62,031 nt of DNA from a virus (Duplodnaviria > Caudoviricetes). This document shows positions 1-6,990 of the stretch, piece after piece; within the stretch, counting starts at the first letter, position 1; each line of letters starts with the position of its first letter. Below the pieces are notes generated by a model that was not told the origin of the DNA, ran no database searches, and saw nothing but the letters and a program-made list of their open reading frames with translations. Made by a program: the position numbers and the translations under genes. The DNA is taken from positions 1 to 62,031 of IMG/VR virus record IMGVR_UViG_3300046170_000369; one strand, given 5' to 3'.

Positions 1-42
1 ATTATGTTGATTTGCACGAAGGCGATTCCCCCTTTGCCCCCC

Positions 43-70
43 CTGTTACCTAATATGTTTTAGGTAACAC
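43..70. promoter_or_regulatory. Palindromic site TGTTACCTAA-N6-TTAGGTAACA (operator or dif-like recombination site)
   Basis: Perfect 10-bp inverted repeat (44-53/60-69) with 6-nt spacer; the half-site recurs at several gene starts. Confidence 0.5.
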
Positions 71-716
71 TGCTTTCCTAAATCCCTTATATACAACACC
101 ATCGATAGGTTGGCGTGTCCACTAAGGTATGAACAATTCAACAATCACCTAGTCAATCACTGACACAACCCAAACGCCTATCGATTACCTATAGATTTCA
201 CTGCGAGATGTTAGCAGTCTAAAAACCAAGTCCTAGTCAAGTAGTTTCAAACTGCTCTGCGAGTCGAGCGATCGATCAAAAATGTAACAGTCTGCCTGCT
301 AGTAGTCAATTAGTACGCTAGGTACGATGCCATGTCCAAGTCTAGATGGCGCTATGTAATCAGGGATTAATACTTACCTAAATGGGAGTCGGGTTACAGA
401 GTAGAAAGTCCATTGCGATAAGCTTTTAAAGAGTAATCGCCCTCGGGATTGAGTGGAAGGATATAAAGCTAATCCAATTATGAGGTGAGGATTTGATCGG
501 CATGACATCGGAGCGAGAACCCTAGCCCTTGTAATGTCAAGGAACGAGATACTATAGCACGGTGCGTAAACGAGTAATGTCCGAGTACCATTCCAATCCA
601 AGTTGTGTTTCCTATTAGCTTGTTGATCTTGTGGAAAATGCGTCTGATTCCCATATCTATGGGTGAGACAGAGTGGAAGGCTGTCAAACCACTATAATAA
701 ATTAACAGAATGCACT

Positions 717-853
717 GCGAGGTGGTTCTCTAGAGTATTGTGTCTGATGCAACGGACTAACTCTATATTGTAATTGCCAACTAATGTACGGATACGGATT
801 CGTGCACGGCTTGTCGATGTCATCCACGCAATACTCTAGTGAGCCACCTCGTG
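717..853 (+). ncRNA. Long RNA stem-loop (candidate structured RNA or processing site)
   Basis: 718-743 pairs with 826-851: 26 bp with one mismatch and two G.U pairs. Confidence 0.5.
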
Positions 854-878
854 CCTTGGGTTTCGTGTTGTCGATCTT

Positions 879-1691
879 ATGTCAATAGATAATAACATCG
901 ACGGACTAGTATCATTAGGTACTAGCTTATCGCTAGGTGCAAGCCTAGCCAACACTAACCATACCCTAGAAGCTATCGGTAGCCTTCGGGCTGCAGTAGA
1001 TGACGATGCTGTAGATCAGTGGTCATCACCTGCCGTTAACTACAGCGGTGGTATGAATCGTAGCGTTCATGCTTTCGATTCCATCGTTGTGCCTCATACT
1101 GCTGAGGAAGAACTGGCACTTAAAACTGCCAAGGAAAAACTCAATGCAGTTCGTGGCAACGGCACATTTGCTGAAGTCGAGTCGGCTGAAGAAGCTGTCA
1201 AGTTAGCTGAACGCTGGGACATCCGTAGTGATGTGCTTGATCATCTTGTGCGTCCACCTCAGTACGATGGTGAGACAGGCAAGCTTGTAGATCGTGGCGG
1301 GCTTATTGCTCGTGCGGTAGATTTGATTGTCAAAAAGGATGACAAGGAGCGAGTTGCTGTGTCCTTCCTGGGCAAAGTACCTCAGTGGGTACGCAATCGT
1401 GACTCAGTCAAAGAGGCTGTCACGAAGGCTGTAGTCGCTCGTCAGGAGCGTATACAAAACTGCCCACACACTCAGCGTATGTTCAAGGCTGTAGTCGAGC
1501 ACGAGAACTCAGTAATTACTGATGTGCCTCGTGACTTCGAGTGGACTAAGGGTGAGCATGGCTTAGATGCCAACTACCTTCTGCCCGTAAAGACTGAGGC
1601 TATGGACAACATCCTAACTGATCTGGGTAACACAGGTATTCTTGACGACGGCAAAGCAATCTCTGCACTGCCTGAGTTAGCTTCTGCCTGA
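879..1691 (+). CDS. Hypothetical early protein (270 aa)
   Basis: Long ORF with protein-like composition; no motif recognised. Confidence 0.75.
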   Translation: MSIDNNIDGLVSLGTSLSLGASLANTNHTLEAIGSLRAAVDDDAVDQWSSPAVNYSGGMNRSVHAFDSIVVPHTAEEELALKTAKEKLNAVRGNGTFAEVESAEEAVKLAERWDIRSDVLDHLVRPPQYDGETGKLVDRGGLIARAVDLIVKKDDKERVAVSFLGKVPQWVRNRDSVKEAVTKAVVARQERIQNCPHTQRMFKAVVEHENSVITDVPRDFEWTKGEHGLDANYLLPVKTEAMDNILTDLGNTGILDDGKAISALPELASA

Positions 1692-1737
1692 CGGCACTGC
1701 GTAGCATCCTTGCGAGCAAAGCTACGCATCCACCTTT

Positions 1738-2349
1738 ATGGCAACACGAAGATCACCTGAGGCGATTGCTCGTCGTAGGCTTAAACGGAGTAAGAATAGG
1801 TTTAAGCCTCAGAAGCATCGTCCTCCAACCAAGGCTGTTGCTGTGCCCAAGCGTCCGAGTAAGTTTACTCGTTGGTTCGATTGCAATGATGCTCATCGTG
1901 TCATGGCATCTGACCGCAGGACTGCCAAGCGTATCAATGAGAAGGTAGCGTTTGCTTCGCCTACTACACGCTTTCGTGTAGAGAATGGTGAGCCTAAGCT
2001 GTCACCTCAAGTACCACACAAGTGCCGTAAGGATCTTATGATCAACGGCAAGGTAGTTACTCACTCGCTCGTTATGTGGCATGGCGTAGCTGTACAACGA
2101 GCACGACCTCGCAACAAATTGTTGTATCGTGCTATCGGAGATATTGCCTACCCTAAGCATCTACGGAAGCTTAGCAATGGTAAGTATACTCCTGTGTATG
2201 GTAGTGCTACTGGCTTGCGTCGTATCGAGAATATCGTAGCGGCTCGGGCAGGTGGTGCTACAGAGTTAGCTACGGATGAGCGTGACTATTGGCGCACTAA
2301 TCGTGCCATGTGTCATGAGAATGCTCGCCGTAAGCGTATGTGGAAATAA
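1738..2349 (+). CDS. Hypothetical highly basic (Arg/Lys-rich) protein
   Basis: 203 aa ORF co-directional with its neighbour; follows an 8-bp intergenic hairpin (1698-1728). Confidence 0.65.
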   Translation: MATRRSPEAIARRRLKRSKNRFKPQKHRPPTKAVAVPKRPSKFTRWFDCNDAHRVMASDRRTAKRINEKVAFASPTTRFRVENGEPKLSPQVPHKCRKDLMINGKVVTHSLVMWHGVAVQRARPRNKLLYRAIGDIAYPKHLRKLSNGKYTPVYGSATGLRRIENIVAARAGGATELATDERDYWRTNRAMCHENARRKRMWK

Positions 2350-2447
2350 CCCTTAACCCTTCAACACGAACCCAATGTGTATCAGGTGTGCCACAGCGTG
2401 ACACTGTAATGTCACGACAGAACACTTCGCAGTACATTTACAAGGTA

Positions 2448-2744
2448 GGTACACAAGTGCCGACTAGCTACTAATGGTATTGGTAGGCTCTAGTCGGGGT
2501 CATATCAACCGATGCGAAAAATCCAGCTAGTTGATAAGCTGAAGTAGCACGTGACCTCGACTAGAGCTTATCAATACCAGCTAGATGTCCAGCCTCATCC
2601 TTTTCCTGCGGGGCATAGCTTGCTCAGTGGAGCTATACGACTATGTAAGGATGCGGACGGCGGCACGAGGTGATTCGTACAACACTACTATTCGGGACTA
2701 TGTCCGCGACACAAAGCGTCAATCATAGTCGGTACTCGTGTATC
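2448..2744 (+). ncRNA. Multi-branched structured RNA candidate
   Basis: Closing stem 2448-2466/2726-2744; internal 28-bp stem 2475-2502/2552-2579 whose three non-Watson-Crick positions are all G.U on the + strand; no credible ORF. Confidence 0.6.
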
Positions 2745-2942
2745 TATTTTATTTCCCCATATCCCCATGGAAGCGAGCAGTTGTCCCCCAGCTGTTCGCT
2801 TCCTATCACTTTCCTTAGTTGAGTAGGGGCGAGCAGGTTTTTGTCTTCCTGCTCGTCCTTCAATTTGCGGGTTAGGTTGGGTTATTATACATACAAACAA
2901 ACAAACAAACACGGGCGTGTCAGTCTATACGGGTTGGGACAC

Positions 2943-3038
2943 GACGCTGTGGAGCGTGTAGGGAGGCTTCACAAGTATTTACTGCCTCGGCAAAGCAATG
3001 CAAGTCCATGCTAGGTGAGGCTAGGCTAGGAATGGTAA
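2943..3038 (+). ncRNA. Satellite unit of the pentamer-repeat RNA: pseudoknot linker plus (GGN-NN)n tract
   Basis: ACGC/GCGT stem with loop TGTGGA pairing TTCACA, then AGTATTT, then GGCAA AGCAA TGCAA GTCCA TGCTA GGTGA GGCTA GGCTA GGAAT GGTAA. Confidence 0.7.
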
Positions 3039-3078
3039 TATCTTTACCAATTTAAAAATAATATAATACATTAGAACT

Positions 3079-3375
3079 ATGAAACTGACTAAACACTTAA
3101 CTTCTGTGTATCCTAATGATATACAGGAGCCTGATAAGAAGGAATTTGTAGAGCGTGTCACATCTTTGCTGCAGCGCGAAGGTGACAAGTGCTTTAAAGG
3201 GAACCCTCGGCTCGAAGAGGTGTTCCTCTATCGTGTATGCCTGGTACACGGTGGTGACAGCATGCTGTCACTTGAGGACAAAGAACTAAATGAAGTTCTT
3301 AAACAATTTAAATGCCTCATTGAACAAGGAGGCGTACTAATAACTCAGGTAACTGAGTGTAACCCAAATAACTAG
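3079..3375 (+). CDS. Hypothetical protein
   Basis: 98 aa ORF after an AT-rich leader. Confidence 0.65.
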   Translation: MKLTKHLTSVYPNDIQEPDKKEFVERVTSLLQREGDKCFKGNPRLEEVFLYRVCLVHGGDSMLSLEDKELNEVLKQFKCLIEQGGVLITQVTECNPNN

Positions 3376-3381
3376 ATAAAT

Positions 3382-3519
3382 ATGAAAATATCACGCAAAT
3401 TATGTAAAGCAGTAGCTCCTATTGCATTGAAGAAACACGAAAAGCTTTCGGGTAAGATAAACACCCGAGTAAACCGCAAGGTAAGCTTGCTGTCTTTTCT
3501 CAAGGAACTGCCTAGATGA
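3382..3519 (+). CDS. Small basic hypothetical protein (45 aa, not in ORF track)
   Basis: ATG 3382 to TGA 3519, MKISRKLCKAVAPIALKK...; directly preceded by the palindromic motif at 3358-3381. Confidence 0.5.
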   Translation: MKISRKLCKAVAPIALKKHEKLSGKINTRVNRKVSLLSFLKELPR

Positions 3520-3748
3520 GAAATAACAATGAAGATATGAAAAAAATAAGTGGGCATGAGGTTGTCTTACGAAATGATTCCCATGAGCATGATGAGAATG
3601 AGTGTTGGATCATTGATTTAAAAAAACGCTCACAACAATGAGTATATTCTTAGTGAGTGCTTTGGTGACAAGTCTGACGCTATTGCTAGGTATGATGAAC
3701 TTGCAACCCATTTAACTAAATACGGGAAACAATCTTTCCTCATGGAGC

Positions 3749-4450
3749 ATGAATGTAGTTATTGAAGCAAGCCCTCCTATCACGCCTATGATCATTGGTA
3801 GGCAAATCTCTCCTGCCTCATTGTGGGGCGTGGACAAGGGTCATGAGTACCTAGTACAGCCAAAGCTGAATGGTCAGCATGGTATCTGTGGTGTCATGAA
3901 TGGGGACATCGTGGCTCTTAATAAACATGGTAAGCCTCTTACTAAGTTTATGGAGTGGCGCAACCAACTGAGGTATCGCTTAGATACTCCAGCTTGGAGA
4001 GATACAATTGTTAATGGGGAGCTTGTTAAGCTTCCTAGGTCAGGTATAGGACATGAGTGGTTCTTTCCCTTTGATATACTATTCTATAGGGGCAAGGATG
4101 TTAGGCGCACCGCATTTCATGAACGGCTGAAGATTCTCAGGGACTGGATACAGGATCAAGGTGTATGTAACTACACGCCTAGTGTTGATCCATTTATCGC
4201 TGAGAATACCAGACGAATCATACCAAATATCCCATGGCAGAAACAAATGGGATACTTCAATTCAGATAAACAGGAACAGAACCGAAAGAGTATACTAGAG
4301 GCTCTTGTTCCTGGATGTAAGTATCCATTCAGTGCGTGCTTACTTGATGCTAAGGATGATCGCCTCATTGAGGGCGTAGTTCTCAAGCATAGAGACAGCA
4401 TATACATGGGTGGTAAGAACAAATCATTAATTAAAGCGAGGTGGGAATGA
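3749..4450 (+). CDS. ATP-dependent DNA ligase-like nucleotidyltransferase (adenylation domain only)
   Basis: Motif I QPKLNG, III NGELV, IIIa FPFDIL, IV EGVVLK, V LIKAR; the protein ends at motif V. Confidence 0.8.
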   Translation: MNVVIEASPPITPMIIGRQISPASLWGVDKGHEYLVQPKLNGQHGICGVMNGDIVALNKHGKPLTKFMEWRNQLRYRLDTPAWRDTIVNGELVKLPRSGIGHEWFFPFDILFYRGKDVRRTAFHERLKILRDWIQDQGVCNYTPSVDPFIAENTRRIIPNIPWQKQMGYFNSDKQEQNRKSILEALVPGCKYPFSACLLDAKDDRLIEGVVLKHRDSIYMGGKNKSLIKARWE

Positions 4451-4653
4451 ATAGAATCATCATAGAATTATATAAGAAGGTGGATGATAAATATCCTACC
4501 TATCGTTTCACCAGAACATATCCACGATGCTCAAATGATCGTGCTCATGACTTTGCTAACAAGTGGGCACAGAGTCGAGGGAAGGAGTTATTTGATTCTC
4601 CATCTTGGTATGTGAAAACCAAAACAATGTGGACACTAAAACAAAAAGAATGA
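4447..4653 (+). CDS. Hypothetical protein
   Basis: Small ORF coupled to the ligase stop by an ATGA overlap. Confidence 0.55.
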   Translation: MNRIIIELYKKVDDKYPTYRFTRTYPRCSNDRAHDFANKWAQSRGKELFDSPSWYVKTKTMWTLKQKE

Positions 4654-4871
4654 AGCATGACTTTCTAGAACAATTATCCATATCAATGGCTAGGCATGAA
4701 GAAGAAAAAGCCAAGAAGACTGTAGCCGTGAAAGTATGGATAGACAAAACTACTTTTATGATTGTCTGGATGACTCCAGAAGAAGCAGCGCGTCACCGCA
4801 AATTAACTGATCGCAAGGGTCAAACATCTATAGTGCGTAATGTATTGGATAAAGGTGGTAGACTGCAGTAA
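4650..4871 (+). CDS. Hypothetical protein
   Basis: Track ORF 4605-4871; likely start is MKHDF at 4650 (ATGA overlap). Confidence 0.55.
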   Translation: MKHDFLEQLSISMARHEEEKAKKTVAVKVWIDKTTFMIVWMTPEEAARHRKLTDRKGQTSIVRNVLDKGGRLQ

Positions 4872-4980
4872 CAATTTTTAGGAAGCCTCGGGTGGTTAGC
4901 CCTTGGATGACTCTAAAACAACACCGACACTCGGGTGCGAGGCTTCCTATCACTTTGTAAATGGCGTGCAACCGACAGGA

Positions 4981-5415
4981 ATTTACGGAGTGGTAAGCAC
5001 GGGAGGGGCGATGCGGTGAATGGACGAGAACGGAAGGGATTGGCGTGTAGCGGAAAGGCGGGGTCGAGAGAGGCCTTGCTTGACAAGCCAATCGACTGAC
5101 TGAGCGGTCGTAAAACTACTCAGACTATTTAAGGAGGGGACATGCTCGTGCTTGGAACGGAGGTGGCGAGGCTGTGCAATGGACGGACCGGCAAGGAACG
5201 GCAAGGGACTGACTAGGCAGTCTATAAATAACCTAGAGTATTTCAGGGGCGAGGCCTGCAATGGCGAGGACACGCATGGCTTTGGCGATGTCTGGCGAGG
5301 CGAGGCATGGGACTGACAGGGCAGTCGTTAAGTAACCCTGAGTATTTCAATGCTTGGATCTGCGATGTCGGGTCAGGCATGGAAGGGAAAAGACTGGAGT
5401 GGAAGGGCAAGGAAA
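4981..5415 (+). ncRNA. Array of four 5-nt-periodic (GGN-NN)n tracts with conserved 37-nt pseudoknot linkers; candidate guide-RNA array (VIPR-like)
   Basis: Tracts 4987-5081, 5133-5204, 5248-5308, 5351-5415; linkers GACTGAC-N4-CRGTC-N9-N4'-GASTATTT at 5094-5130, 5207-5243, 5311-5347; directly upstream of the RAMP-like gene. Confidence 0.85.
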
Positions 5416-5453
5416 GTTCCACATCCAATTAACAAACATAAACAATAATATAT

Positions 5454-6038
5454 ATGAAAAAAATAAGTATAGATGTAGAAGGGATTACTCCCATGTTATT
5501 ACACAATGGTCAGACTGCTGACCCACTGAATGAGTTCAGTAAAGAACTCAAGAAAGTATCAGGGAAACGCAACAAGACCGATGAAGATCACGCCCTTATG
5601 GGGGATATAGAGTGGCGAGCAGGTCTGTATTGGGACGACAAGCTTGGTGTATTCATGCCTGCCGAGAACCTACAGGCTATGTTATTGGCTGCCGCTAAGA
5701 AAACGAAGCAAGGTGCTCAATCCATACACATCCTTGTGGATGATGATATGGCAATCAAGTTCAAGAACTCCACTAAGTTCGATAAGCTTGAGAAAGACCC
5801 TGATATGAGGGACAGGAGAATCTGTCGAGTAGGTACTGCAAAGATAGCACGGACTCGTCCTAAGATTCCAGTGGGCTGGTCAGGCACTATTAATCTACTG
5901 ATCGATGTGGATGGTATCGATGAGGATGATGTCATCAAGTTTGCGGAGACTGCCGGGAAAATTATCGGCATGGGTGACTGGCGTCCTGAGAAGCGTGGGC
6001 GTTTCGGTAAGTTTGTAGTAACTAATGTCGTCAAGTGA
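5454..6038 (+). CDS. Stand-alone RAMP/Cas7-like RNA-binding protein (Vipr-like)
   Basis: N-terminal strand ISIDVEGITPMLLH, MPAENLQAML helix and C-terminal Gly-rich loop GMGDWRPEKRGRFGKFVV, typical of RAMP-fold proteins; no other cas genes in the window. Confidence 0.8.
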   Translation: MKKISIDVEGITPMLLHNGQTADPLNEFSKELKKVSGKRNKTDEDHALMGDIEWRAGLYWDDKLGVFMPAENLQAMLLAAAKKTKQGAQSIHILVDDDMAIKFKNSTKFDKLEKDPDMRDRRICRVGTAKIARTRPKIPVGWSGTINLLIDVDGIDEDDVIKFAETAGKIIGMGDWRPEKRGRFGKFVVTNVVK

Positions 6039-6532
6039 GTAGGTCTACATTACTACCAACTCGTAAGCATCCTGTGGAGAGGCATGTCTTTGAACAGCTT
6101 GAGGATGCAATTGACTATGGTGAGGTCATTAAGTGGCACATCATTGAGGAGATTGCTGATATGCCTAGGCTAGTACATGGCATTGTTGATCCTAAGTTTG
6201 CATTCATGTGGATGCAGGTGTCTCAGATGTTAGAGGGTAGAGGCTTCTTTACTACTGAACGAGGGATGAATGGTGAGGGCTTTAGGGTGTTGCAACGCGA
6301 AGAAGTAGCCTCCCATAACGATAAGAAGGTCAAGCAGGACATCAAGCAATGGGAACGCAGAGTTGTTGGTATGTCCTGCGTGTCTCGTGATGGCATGAGT
6401 CATGACGAGCAACGCAAGCTTGATCATATACAAAACAAAGTGGTCATGATGGCTGAGGTGAACAAACACCTGATGAGGAAGCGTAACCTTCCTATGCCAG
6501 GAAAAGCATTGGAGGCTGTTAAGTCATTATGA
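6035..6532 (+). CDS. Hypothetical protein coupled to the RAMP-like gene (possible winged helix plus helical C-terminus)
   Basis: GTGA overlap with the RAMP-like stop; GEVIKW...GEGFRVL pattern suggests a wHTH wing (inference). Confidence 0.7.
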   Translation: MSRSTLLPTRKHPVERHVFEQLEDAIDYGEVIKWHIIEEIADMPRLVHGIVDPKFAFMWMQVSQMLEGRGFFTTERGMNGEGFRVLQREEVASHNDKKVKQDIKQWERRVVGMSCVSRDGMSHDEQRKLDHIQNKVVMMAEVNKHLMRKRNLPMPGKALEAVKSL

Positions 6533-6990
6533 TCAACCAATTGAATAGCTTCGTAAAGGCGAACCAACAGATTGTGGACGCCACAGAGAAGTACATAGCA
6601 CAACTGAAAGGAATACAGATGTCATATATGTCGGACATAGACATCGAGCGTCAGAATCAAATCAATCCTGCTGACGAACCTGTGAACACGGCAGGTGAGT
6701 TATGCATGACGCTTGATACTACACGGGAAATACAAGCCATAAGGAGATACAAGGATGTGCTCATCAGCTTAGATGACGATGCTTGTCTCTCCGAAGATGG
6801 AGAACTTAGTAGGGCTGAAGCTCAGGAGAAGGAGCTAGGGCTTATGAAGGAAAGGGAAGCTATCGTGAAGTTCTTAGGCTATCGCCTCAAGAATCCTTCT
6901 GCTTGTGATGAACACTTGGAGAAATTCAAGGGACATCCTGAGTATGAGAAGGATACACCCCTTACTGCAGGGGACTCACCATGGACATAG
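6529..6990 (+). CDS. Hypothetical protein
   Basis: 153 aa ORF, ATGA overlap. Confidence 0.7.
   Translation: MINQLNSFVKANQQIVDATEKYIAQLKGIQMSYMSDIDIERQNQINPADEPVNTAGELCMTLDTTREIQAIRRYKDVLISLDDDACLSEDGELSRAEAQEKELGLMKEREAIVKFLGYRLKNPSACDEHLEKFKGHPEYEKDTPLTAGDSPWT

Noticed and set aside
1-12. XerD-arm-like TTATGTTGATT at the window start
   Set aside because: Two mismatches to the canonical arm, and the partner arm would lie outside the window.
2585-2655. HDV-like or hammerhead ribozyme
   Set aside because: Some stems fit, but a convincing P3/P1.1 or CUGANGA...GAAA core could not be built.
2893-2911. (ACAA)n microsatellite
   Set aside because: Short low-complexity spacer similar to other A/C-rich leaders; no evidence of function.
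5094-5347. Canonical CRISPR array (37-nt repeats)
   Set aside because: The repeats vary in a structure-preserving way, the intervening tracts are 67-76 nt and themselves periodic, and there is no cas1/cas2 or other cas operon.
4828-5428. Minus-strand ORFs 4828-5091, 4983-5273 and 5243-5428
   Set aside because: Pro/Ser/Arg-rich shadows of the G-rich array, opposite to the local gene direction.
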